A stretch of DNA of 63,955 nucleotides, the filler included, from Octopus bimaculoides (lineage: Eukaryota): assembly GCF_001194135.2 (NCBI RefSeq). It is 7 parts of 4 records of this genome, joined end to end, with 100 filler letters (N's around TTAATTAATTAA, not from the genome) between each part and the next. Parts side by side here need not be neighbours in the genome. Positions count along the whole stretch, not along the records: positions 11,325 to 13,396 come from NC_068983.1; positions 13,497 to 20,785 come from NC_068983.1; positions 20,886 to 30,251 come from NC_068983.1; 4 more parts are not named here. One strand, 5' to 3'. The translations under genes and the position numbers were made by a program. The notes under the pieces were generated by a model, which searched no databases, was not told the DNA's origin, and saw only the letters and a program-made list of their open reading frames with translations. Below, piece after piece: positions 11,326-22,046 of the stretch. The stretch's first letter is position 1. Each line of letters begins with the position of its first letter.

Positions 11326-12290
11326 GCGGACGTTAAACGATGATGATGATGATGATGATGATTACTATTATTATAAGGCAGCAAGCTGGCAGAAACATTA
11401 GCGTGCCGGGCAAAATGCATAGTGGTATTTTGCCCATTGCTACATTCTGAGTTCAAATTCCGCTGAGGTCGACCTTTACCTTTCATTCTTTTGGGGTTGA
11501 TAAATTAAGTACCAGTTGAGTACTGGGGTCGATGCAATCGACTATCCCCTCCCTCAAATTTCAGGCCTTGTGCCTATACTAGAAAGGATTATTATTATTA
11601 TAATATCATGAAAAATCTGTTTTATGTCGTTGGGTATGATGGAAAGTGTCAGCAGTCTACAACCAACAGACTAAGATGTCACTTGTTTATTGATCATGCT
11701 TCAAGGACTCTGCAGAGAACTCTATTATTATTATTATTAGATTGGAGCCTGGTGTTGCCATCCGGTTTCACCAGTCCTCAGTCAAATCGTCCAACCCATG
11801 CTAGCATGGAAAGCGGACGTTAAACGATGATGATGATGATGATGATGATGATTAAGACAGCAAGCTGGCAGAACTGTCAGCGCACCAAGCAAAATGCTTC
11901 ACATTTCAGCCGTCCTTACATTCTGAGTTTAGATTTTATTGAGGTCAACTTTGCTTTCATCTTTTTGGGGTCGATGAAATAAATAGCAGTAGGTTGATAT
12001 AATCAACAAGTACCCTCCCCCAAATTTCAGGCTTTGTGTCTCTAGTAGAAAGGATTATTACTATTATTATTAAGATGGTGAGCTGCTAGAATTGTTACCA
12101 TGCTGGACAAAATGTTTAGTGGTATTTCACCCGTTGTTACGTTCTAAGTTCAAATTCTGTCGAGGTCAACTTTGCCTTTCATCCTTTCCAGGTCAATAAA
12201 ATGAATACCAGTGGAGCACTGGGTCAATGTAATTGACTATCCCCCTCCAACATTTCATTCCTTACACCTATAATAGAAGGGATTATTATT
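11326..12290 (+). mobile_element. Cluster of three SINE family A copies and two (GAT)n-tailed retroelement 3' ends
   Basis: SINE A heads (AAG[G/A]CAGCAAGCTGGCAGAA or variant) near 11377, 11853 and 12071, with GTTCAAATTC-type B boxes (degenerate in the second copy). AGCGGACGTTAAACGATGATGAT tails at 11326 and 11812. Confidence 0.8.
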
Positions 12291-12759
12291 ATTATTATTA
12301 TTATCATCATCATCATCATTATTATTCACTGCATTCTTATTACTTGTATCACCATCATTATTGTTGTTGTTAGACATTTTATTTCTGCTTAGGTATTTTG
12401 TATCTTTAAACATGAACTCCCAAAGTGTACAGGTGTTGTCAGAAGCTATTATTTGTATCAGGTTCTTATTTGTTGAATATGCAATCTTTACCAAATGCTT
12501 ATTAAATAATTTCCCGTATCAGCTCAGTGGTGGGAAATGCTTCTCAAGGGTCACTATGAATTTCCTTGGAATATCTGTGGCAATTAGGACCCCCAAAGGG
12601 AGCTTTATGCAAGATTACTTGTTTTGATTTATCTCTCTTATTTTTAGAGTTGCTACATTAGAAAATAGTGCACATACATACATCCTTCCTTCCATCTTTC
12701 TCCCTCCCTCCCTCCCTTTCTTTCTTTCTTTTTTTACCTATTTCAGTCATTAGACTGCA

Positions 12760-13094
12760 GCTTTGCTGGGCACAGCCTTAAAGAATTTTTAGTTGGATGA
12801 ATTGACCCCAGCACTTATATTTTTTTAAGCCTGATACTTATTATGTTGGTGTCTTTTGCTGAGCTGTTAAATTACAGAGTTGTCAAGCTGCAGTGGGGGA
12901 CAAACACAGATGTAAACACACACATATATGTATACAAAGGGCTTCTTTCAGTTTCTGTCTGCCAAATCCACTCACAAGGTTTTGGTCAACCTGAGGCTAT
13001 AGTAGAAGACACTTGTCTAAGGTTCCATGCAGTGGGAGTAAACTTAGAACTATGTGGTTGGAAAGCAAGCTTCTTACCAACACAGCCACGCCTA
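12760..13094 (-). mobile_element. SINE family B, degenerate full copy
   Basis: Reverse complement of the TAGGCGTGGCTGTGTTGGTAAGAAGCTTGCTTTCCAACCAC head through the core to the GCTGCAGTCTAATGACTGAAA tail. Confidence 0.75.
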
Positions 13095-13222
13095 AGCCTA
13101 TATTTTGTGTGTTATTTTAAATGGCTTATAAACACCTTCCATGCTGCAATTGTTTTTGTTCCAGCACACGATCTCAGATCAGGTTACTTGCTATGCAAGT
13201 GCATCTCCGTAATATATATATA

Positions 13223-13396
13223 CTAGCAGTATAACCCGACCTTGTCCGGGTGTGACTTATTACGCCTTCTACGATAAGTCTTGCTAGGTGAAAATCAACT
13301 AAAAAAGAAAGCCTTACAACGGAAAAACCCGTATGATGTAAATATGTTCATAATTCAAAAGACGATGAAATTAATAGGGAAAGTCTGAAGGCGTAA
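13223..13396 (-). mobile_element. Helitron-like 3' terminus
   Basis: Minus strand ends in hairpin ACCCG-gacaaggt-CGGGT, a short spacer, then CTAG followed by T (CTAG at 13223-13226). The other side is cut by an assembly join. Confidence 0.6.
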
Positions 13397-13674
13397 NNNN
13401 NNNNNNNNNNNNNNNNNNNNNNNNNNNNNNNNNNNNNNNNTTAATTAATTAANNNNNNNNNNNNNNNNNNNNNNNNNNNNNNNNNNNNNNNNNNNNCATG
13501 AAACGTTTCATTAACAAAACGTGTGAGCGTAGGAAAACTTTTGGAATATGTTGATACAGTTTTTTTCATATATGTGTGAATTATGGAGTGATGCAAAAAC
13601 TCGGCTTACTTCCATTTTAACACTACTTATAGCTTCATTATTTCTTTCTTGGTAAACTGACATTTGAATGTTCG

Positions 13675-14017
13675 GACGCGTGCTACTTGCTGTAAAAGGA
13701 GCGAGGTTATCCATGTAATACAAAAAGAAAATTGCAGATAAGTTGAATATAAAAGTGAAAAATAATCATTGAATACTGAAAAAACATTCACCTCCCCTAA
13801 CTTTAAACCCTAACCCTAATCCCTAACCCTTAATAAAATATGGGAAAAGCAGGAGATGAATGCTTTGAAAACATTCTGAACTATCTTTCAGAATGGTTTA
13901 CTTTTCAATGAAATGTCATTTTGTTATTTTTCATTCAATTTTATTCAATTAATCTGCAATTTTCTTCTTGTATTAGATGGATAACCCACCCTCCATTTAC
14001 AGCAAGTAGCGAGCGTC
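13675..14017. repeat. Long imperfect inverted repeat enclosing (CCCTAA)n telomere-type repeats
   Basis: GACGCGTGCTACTTGCTGTAAA...GTTATCCATGTAATACAAAAAGAAAATTGCAGAT from 13675 matches the reverse complement of about 13925-14017. The inner pair CATTCACCTCC/GGAGATGAATG flanks degenerate CCCTAA units at about 13795-13830. Confidence 0.85.
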
Positions 14018-14454
14018 TCGTTTTTTACCTGTGTGCTAAATTTGACTACTTACGACTAACACGGGCGCATGCGCAAATTTGTGACATGCACACTCCCAGA
14101 ACTCGGATCCACACTTCTCCAGTAGTGCCAAATTTTGAAACTGAGTTTGCACCCCCTAAGCAAATTTTGTTCCCGGGCCACTGTCTACAGTGTTTTATTG
14201 TTTTGAAAGGATTTGAAAAAACTGTTTTCCACATCTACTTTTTGCAAATTATAACTGTAGTACTAAGTTATTAAATCAAACATACGAACAGTTGACGGTT
14301 GTGGTTAATTTTTGTTTCTTTATATATATCCCTATATATTTACATGTGTATATGTATATATGTATATTTATATATCAAGCCCAAGCGTGTTTATCTGCAT
14401 CNNNNNNNNNNATATATATATATACACACACACATACATACATATATGTGCGTG

Positions 14455-14504
<50 letters not shown>

Positions 14505-15359
14505 TTATATGCATATATATATCTAACATATATACATAGTATAGTGCTTGTATATGTATGTATGCATGTAACTAGGTCTCTTGTTCTCTTTCTCTCTCTC
14601 CCTCTCTCTCTCTTTCTCTCTCTCTATCTGTCTCCATATAATTTAATTTTGATAAATTAAATTGAATTTTTCCTTGTAAATTTGGAATTTTTTCCCTAAT
14701 ATTATTATCATATTATTATTATATGTATATATATATAAGTGTGTATATATATGTATATACATATATATATATGCACACACACACATGCACAAACACATAT
14801 ATATGGAGAGTGAGAGAGAGAGAGAGAGGAAGAGAACAAGAGACCTACTTACATGCATACATACATATACAAACACTATACTATGTATATAATATGTTAA
14901 ATTTACACCACAGAAAAGTAATCTCTATATATTGTTCGATCTAACATAAACGACAATTGTGACTCGATTCTATTTATATCATTAGCTCAGAGAATAAGTG
15001 TCAGCTATTTTATAAATATCTTAGCAACATTCCAATGATTTGTTATGATGTAAAACAATACATTTTTATTTCCTCAATGATAAGATACGCTTGAATGAAT
15101 TTCAAAGCTTTAATGTGGTTTGATCTGTTTCTTCAGATAACTCCAGTGTCAATAATCCAGATAAAGTTTGAGTTTAGCACAGTAAAACAGGAACAAAACG
15201 AGGCACAAGAAAAAGAAAGCATGAACAAAACGAGGCACAAGAAAGAAAAACACATGAAAGAAAAAAAACGAGCAATCGTTGAAAGTCAGTATAACTGTGT
15301 GGTCGTGTAAAAGTAAAGAACAGAAGAGGATTCGACGTTCCAGACAATTATTTGCCAAG

Positions 15360-15480
15360 TTAGAAGGAAATGAAAGTGCGTGTGTTTAATTGGCAAAATA
15401 TGAGCATCCCCAAGTATAACAATATCTGTTTCAACACATGATTTCACACCAAGAATCTTGCAAAATGAATACATTAACAT
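15360..15480 (+). repeat. Dispersed repeat homologous to 4520-4630 (inverted)
   Basis: Shares AGTGCGTGTGTTT...CAATATCTGTTTCAACACATGATTTCACACCAAGAATCTTGCAAAA with the reverse complement of 4520-4630. Confidence 0.65.
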
Positions 15481-15723
15481 AACAAAGAAAACCATTGTAA
15501 GGAAAAAAAGAAAAAAAAGGCAATGATAGGATTTGGGAATTAAGTTTGCTGGAATGGCAGAAAAGAAGTGAGTATAGTCAGTCGTTTTCAGCAAAGGAGA
15601 GCGAACGTACATTAAAGGAAATATGCGCGGAAAAACGTCATGAAGTATGCGAGTGTATGAACAAATAAGAAGTCAAGTGTATAAGCAAAATTGTGTCCAA
15701 ACGTGTGTTGTGTGTGCATGCGT

Positions 15724-15778
<55 letters not shown>

Positions 15779-15929
15779 CGTGTTTGCGGGCGAGTATGCG
15801 TAATTGTGAGGAATAGATGTGTTGGAGGTGTAAATAAGTCATCATTATATGTGATATTGTATGAGCAAGTTATCATAACCTGCGAGTTAATGCTAGGCAG
15901 GTAGTAAAGCTTGAATAAATGCCTGTATA

Positions 15930-16450
15930 CAAGGGGGGAGTGGAATGTTTCTAGGGGTGTTTATCGGTGTCTTAGGTATTTTAAAAGAGAGGCAAGTTAG
16001 TTAAAGACACCAGGCAGAGTAGATGTTTTCATGCAGAAGGTGAACTGATGTTTCCATCAAAGCCACTAAACAAGTATACGATGGTGTTCAGTAGTTCTGC
16101 AAAGTGGCCTGGTAAATTGAAATCGCGAGCCACAAACTTGAGAGGTCTGGTGTTGTATTAGATGTCCAACAACTATTCTCTTAAACGATCAGCTAGCCTC
16201 CGATACAGTTTTCCTTCTACAATAAAGTTAGAATTTGATATAACATAGGATATTTTAGGGAGTGTGAATGAAAACATGACATGGAAAGATGAATTGGAAT
16301 CTTGAAGGATGGTGGTATTCTCGACAAAGGATTTGCAGCTGGAGAGAAAGCAAGCAAAAGATCTGTGGGAAAGGAGGTTCAGGAATGTAACAGCGTGGAT
16401 CTTACATTGTCCTCAAGGACCACATATCCAATTTACTAACCTTAAATGCA
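15930..16450 (-). mobile_element. Decayed Penelope-like element, GIY-YIG endonuclease region
   Basis: Minus frames give SFACFLSSCKSFVENTTILQDSNSSFHVMFSFT and LYRRLADRLRE*LLDI*YNTRPLKFVARDFNLPGH, matching the PLE GIY-YIG pattern GETxRRLxDRFREHLxDI...VARHFNxPGH. Confidence 0.75.
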
Positions 16451-17536
16451 GACTGACTAACCCTTCTAAAATCGAGCCATCGATTCTCGTATCAGAATGT
16501 CCACTAGATTAACCGATTAGAACCGCAACGCCGTCTTTAACTAGTTCCGCAATACTGAGAATGAAGCCTCTTACAAAATCACCTAGTTTGGTATGGTGGA
16601 CTTCTACCCTTCCATATTACTATCCTTTTTACTCTGAAAGTTCTGGACTTCGATAAGCAATATACAAAAATTAATATTCTCGAAATAAGAATAACCATGA
16701 AGACTACAAAGACTGAATTCTTGGATCATAATGACCAAGGTGACCTTTTATTCTCAAAGAAGAGAAAACATTTATGGCCATAGTCTGCAGTATCCTGTTT
16801 AATTAAAACGAAAATTAGCTTAGAGAAAGAAGTCAGAGGGGAGGTCAACAGCATGAATTAGGCCAATAATGACGAATAAAGTCATATTAAATATCACAAA
16901 GTTCTTGATAGCAATTGAAACTATCTTAAAGGTGAAGACCTCAATAGTAAGTTACTGAAATGTACTTGTTTCATATTTCTCTGTGTCAAGTATAAACACA
17001 AAACAAGTCTCATGTATGGGGAACATGAAACAAATTTGACATGTTTGTAGTACGAAACTCGAAACTAAAGAACTTCAATAATTACTTGTCAAAGTTTTCA
17101 GCCTGAAATATACACACACATATACACTCACGCACAGACATACACACATATACATAGATACATACACACCACACATGCACAAATAAATATAAAAATTGCA
17201 TTGTTTAGGCTTTATAAGTAAAAAAAAGAAAAGAATTAGAAACACACATACACACATGCATGTTACGAATTCTTTTCTTTTTTTCATAAAGCCTAAACAA
17301 TGCTGTATATATAAGCAAAAATGCTTGTTCTAAAATCTCTTTAAAGAGATCAACGTAGTAGTTGTACTAACAAGTAATGTTTGTAGCCATTTCAACATGG
17401 CTGTCCGTTCGAACAGACTTTACCTCGATTTTTTAACCCCAAGTGGACAACTCCTCTAGCTGGTTAACGATGCAGAGCTGCATCCGAGATATTGCGAACA
17501 GGGGAGCGAACCCACCACCACCTTCTAGCGACGGGA

Positions 17537-17586
17537 CTAGCAGACCAGCCTGGTTTCGGGCTATTTCTGCCTCTCTTCAGTTCTGG
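17537..17586 (-). ncRNA. Type-I hammerhead ribozyme candidate with intact core
   Basis: Minus strand reads CCAGAA CTGAAGA G A GGC agaaata GCC C GAAA CCAGGCTGG TC|TGCTAG. Core CUGAAGA/GAAA, palindromic stem III ACCAG-G-CTGGT, GUC triplet, stem I paired at 4 of 6 positions. Confidence 0.7.
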
Positions 17587-18334
17587 ATACCTCGTCTGCA
17601 AGAGATTTACTCTTTATTATGATAATAAATATCGGACATATAGGGGACAACAGAGGACATTACAAACAAAAAGTGTTCTTGGGTTCATAAATGAGTTTTG
17701 AAAATATGCTGATGTATTTAAATATAATTAAACAATATAATTAAAAAATTTTAAACCTTGGCCGTGAAGTCCACCGGCTACACCGTACTACTCTACTATG
17801 GTTGATTTAGTGGTCTAAGGTCGTCAAGGAGACAAGTTTGTTTCCATTTCGACCCTAGGCCACGCGCATTTATACACCCTACCTTAGTACTTACATTTTT
17901 AGTTTAGGAAGGGGCTGCACGAATTCAGCTTCCTCCCCATTCTTTTTCATCTGTGGTGTAGCCGCTGGACTAACTATGAAATTTGGCCGCACATCATTTT
18001 GCTAACATCATTGATGTAGTCTGGGTACCTATTTTTTAGTTCCTTGAATAATTCCACCTCCATTCTAGCAATTCTAATGTGAGGTGGCATGTCTTTTGTA
18101 GGTTTATACACTTGAGCTCTAATTATTATTAAAAGAAATAATTTTGTTCTGCGTCTTGGGGTGGGAATAGGAAATGGGTTTTAACAAGGATGTGGTCAGG
18201 GGGGGGGTCGTGTAAGTCTGCATTTGTTTTGGATGTTTTTTTTNNNNNNNNNNGGAGTTCGTCACCTTCTGTGGTTTGTATCGTTGCATCTAAGGCTTTT
18301 TATGGTCTTGTTTCCTTGGGTTCTTGTGTAACTT

Positions 18335-19186
18335 TTATTTGTTTTGCTGGTTGTTTTTTTTTGTCTCCTCCGCGTTTTGTGGTTCTTGTTGTGGAGTGGC
18401 TTCGTTCTTCTTTGCTTTACAGTATGAGCGAATGTGACCCTTCTCGCCGCATTTAAAGCAACGCGGCCTACGTCCTTCTACACCGACCCTTACGCTTAGT
18501 CCCTCGCCTATAAATACTCTATCAGGCAGTCCCTCAAGGGCTTCCGGTATGGCTTTAAGCATCATCTCGAGGGATCGACCGTTCCAATTTTCTACTTCCT
18601 TCTTTTGCATTTGCAGAATGCTCATTTTCTCTTCCAGCTCATAAGTAATGACCGCCGCTATCCCTATAACGTCGAGTCCTGCCGTAATTTCTTCCACTTC
18701 AATTTTAGCGGTTCGTCTGCCCAAGTACGTCGGCAGCAACATCACCTCTTCATTTTTTAAGGTCATTGTAGATAAATCCTTTGCCGTTTTTTCATCAGCG
18801 AATTGAGCTTCGACCGTGGTACTCCTTCTTCCACGGCCGACGTAAATTATTCTGTTCCAGATTGGCGACAGACATTTTTCTATCGCCTCACTTTTATATG
18901 TCATAATTCCTTTTACTTTCATACTGTACGTTTTGTATACCACAGTTTTTGCCACACTGTTCTGAAAAAACCTCTTGAGGAGGGAGTAGTTTTGTATCAT
19001 TACCTGTTTATTTGACAAGGTTCCTATATTTAAAAGTTCTGCCATTGTACTTTACATTGTTATCATGTTGCCGCCTACCGCGGCCGAAAAACTTTGCTTT
19101 TCCTTTTGCACTTGCATTAAATTTTCATTATTTTTAGCCATTTCTATCTCTGGGAAATCTTCGTTCGAAAGTAAATTGTAATCCAT
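18335..19186 (-). pseudogene. Gag-like ORF1 of an L1/Tx1-type non-LTR retrotransposon with CCHC zinc knuckle, one in-frame stop
   Basis: The 236-aa open frame 19045-18335 contains RCFKCGEKGHIRSYC. The same frame extends to ATG 19186 (MDYNLLSNEDFPEIE...SFSAAVGG) across a single TAA at 19054-19052. Confidence 0.8.
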
Positions 19187-19469
19187 AACGTGAAAATTTT
19201 TTACAGTAAACAAATTCTTTCAAAAAGGAATAAAATTAGCCAAAAAATAATTTTTACCTTGCAAAGGGTAAAAATCGCAGTTCTAATCACACTTGTCGCT
19301 TTCACAACAATATTTCAAAATTTAAAAATTTTCTGCCCGAAGGGTGAAAATGACAATTAACAAATAAACAACAGTTCAATTCCAACAAGCGCAACAATAA
19401 AACATTAAATATATAACAGATTTGAAGTCACGAACACAAATATGCGCAACCAAAAAGTCTGACACAAGT

Positions 19470-20593
19470 CTGCTACGATAAAACTCATAGGGGAGACCAT
19501 CCAGCCCCGGCGACTTGTCCCCGGCACACTCGGCCAACACCTCTTTGACCTCCGCAGGTGTAATCGGTCCTTCACAGCATTCCGCCTAACGCGCCGAGAA
19601 TCGCGGCCCACCGTCAAGGAAGCCCTTTAGAAACTCCCCACGCTCGAGTGCGTCGCTCTCCCCAAACAACCGGGTGAAATGCTGGTAAAAGTCCTTTTGC
19701 ATCTTTTCCTGTCCCTAGATCTTGTGCCCCTGTTCATCAGACCTTATAGAGGCTTTTTTGCCCCTCAGACACTCCACACGACGGGCCCACCCGGCAACGT
19801 TAATACTTTCTCGGCCCACTGCACGTAGTTTAGCTCTAACTCTGCAGCCTTCATGTTTTGCTTTGAGGTGACGGTACAAGACCGCTCTCGCCGCCAGCAT
19901 TCTAGCTGCAGAGCCAGATTCCATAACCTCGTCTAAATTCTTGACTAGTTCCCTTTCTATTCTAGATCTATCTAAACTTAGCTGATTGCTAAATCTAATA
20001 GACTCTAAACGAATGGCTCTCTTGAGGGCATGCCACCATCTATTATTAATGATAGCGCCACATAGTGCCGTCTGTACTAATTCCTTAACCTGGGCAGGGA
20101 AGGCTTCACAAGTCAAAATAGACTTGTTCATCTTCCAGTACCCGGGTCCCTGTCTATGACATTTATCTATATGCACCTCACACGTCACAAATTTGTGATC
20201 CGTGTAAGGTACAATATAAAATTGTGGACAACTAAAAGTATTCCTATCACCTTCTCTAACGAATACCCTGTTTATATAAGATCTGTGTGAGCTGTCGTTA
20301 TTACTCCAGGTCTACTGTGGAACGCTCGGCTCATCCACTCTGTAACGGTCTACTAGATTATAGCTCTCTAGTAGATCTTTGAGGCCAGGATTTCCCCTCC
20401 TATCAGTCGATCCAACACTATCCACCCGTGCATCGAGGATAGTGTTAAAGTCTAACAGAACTACCGTTTTCGACGTCACTAGAAAGTGCTCTAGGTCTCG
20501 ATAAAAACCAGACTGCCTACTCTCCTTAGGAGCATAGACAGCTACCAACCTGAAGGATTGTGTACTCTCGTGGGTCACATCTAGGTTAATCAT
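19470..20593 (-). mobile_element. L1/Tx1-like ORF2 fragment (APE endonuclease C-half, linker, start of RT)
   Basis: Shows FRLVAVYAP, VVLLDFNTILDARVD, NLVDRYR, YTDHKFV, GPGYWKMNKSIL and DKSPGLDGLPYEFY, with few stops or frameshifts. Truncated at both ends. Confidence 0.9.
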
Positions 20594-21369
20594 GAGAAAG
20601 TGAAAAAGGAAAGAAATAGATAGAGAGATCTTTTCTGTTGCTGTTACAGATTTTGAAATTTTAAAATTTAGTGAAAATTTTAAAATTTGGTATGTTGATG
20701 TACTTTTACACGTTGAATCCGAGTTTGTGATTCATTTAATCCAGAAAATTTTTTTAGAAAATTGTTAGAGGTTTAAAGTTTGATCNNNNNNNNNNNNNNN
20801 NNNNNNNNNNNNNNNNNNNNNNNNNNNNNTTAATTAATTAANNNNNNNNNNNNNNNNNNNNNNNNNNNNNNNNNNNNNNNNNNNNATTTAGTAGACGGAA
20901 ACTGAAAGAAACGTTTCGTATATATATATATATATATATAAATTGTAAATCCCCAAAATAACAGCAAAAATACAAAGGATTCTGCGGTACACGTGTTTCA
21001 AGCTTTATATCAGTGTATAATTTACAATATAAAGCTATCTTCAGCCGCAAAAGTATTTCTCTCCCAGGAAATTACATCACATCGGCGTTAAAGGAGGAAG
21101 AAAGGTGTGATATAAGAGGTGAAGATCCTTTCGTTATTTTGTATAGTACTATACCTCGTATAATTCTCAATTTACACATAATTTCTTCGGTGCTCCGAAA
21201 ACCGCCCATACCTTGTCACGATTCAGTGTGTAGTGTTAAGTTGGTGGTTAAGAACAATCCAATAAAATGACAAAACGAAACAACAATATAAAATAAAATG
21301 AGACTATAAAATCCTGAGCAGAAACGAAAAGAAAAAGAAAAAGAAATACACAGATTTTCATGTAAAGAA

Positions 21370-21470
21370 ATAAAAATAAACTTGTTGTTTCGTTTTGTCA
21401 TTTTTATTTTAAGAAATAAAAATAAACTTAAAATAAAAATGACAAAACGAAACAACAAGTTTATTTTTAT
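21370..21470. repeat. Perfect 44-bp inverted repeat with 13-nt spacer
   Basis: 21370-21413 is the exact reverse complement of 21427-21470. 23 nt of one arm recur at 21264-21286. Confidence 0.95.
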
Positions 21471-21489
21471 ATCAAATCTTGCTGCTGCT

Positions 21490-21762
21490 AACTCACACGT
21501 AATTTAAGATGTATCCGCTTCCACTACAGTTTCCAGCTCATCATTATCCGCCTTGGTCTCAAGTCTACCACCGAGCTGATTTTCAAGAATAAATTTACCA
21601 GACCGGAACTGCTCAAACTACTGACTTTCAGTACATTCATTCACCACATCTTCATCAAACACCTCATTGATGTTTCGAGCTGTCCGGGTTGCATTGGTTC
21701 CTCAACGGAACTCATATTCATAAACAACACGATTTTTTTTTTATCTATTCATGGGTTCTCAA
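21490..21762 (-). mobile_element. Mariner transposase N-terminal remnant
   Basis: Minus translation RVVYEYEFR*GTNATRTARNINEVFDEDVVNEC...FEQFRSGKFILENQ...DNDELETVVEAD resembles the mariner HTH region. Confidence 0.8.
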
Positions 21763-21872
21763 ATATTGATTTACTAGAGAAAACTCACAATATAATCAGA
21801 CATCATGAACCGCATTACAAAAAGTGACGAGGTAACTCTTCAATGTTATAGAACAAATAATTGTCAGGATAA

Positions 21873-22046
21873 TATTGGGTTGTCCGGAAAGTTCGTGCCG
21901 ATTTTTAAAGGAAAGAAAAAGGCCAATAAATACTTGCCCTTATATTTTTAATCAACCAAATATGAACCATTTTGTTGCACAATGCGTCTCCATCTTTCCT
22001 TTAACTTGAAAATACCCTCTTCCCAGAATTGAGGTGGTTTCATGGC
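21873..22046 (-). mobile_element. Mariner 3' end with TIR
   Basis: Minus translation FAMKPPQFWEEGIFKLKERWRRIVQQNGSYLVD* matches the mariner C-terminus. TA plus TIR-like TTGGGTTGTCCGGAAAGTTCGTGCCG at 21873-21900. Confidence 0.85.

Noticed and set aside
13795-13830. Telomeric repeat as a chromosome end
   Set aside because: Only about 5 degenerate units, internal, and enclosed by inverted arms.
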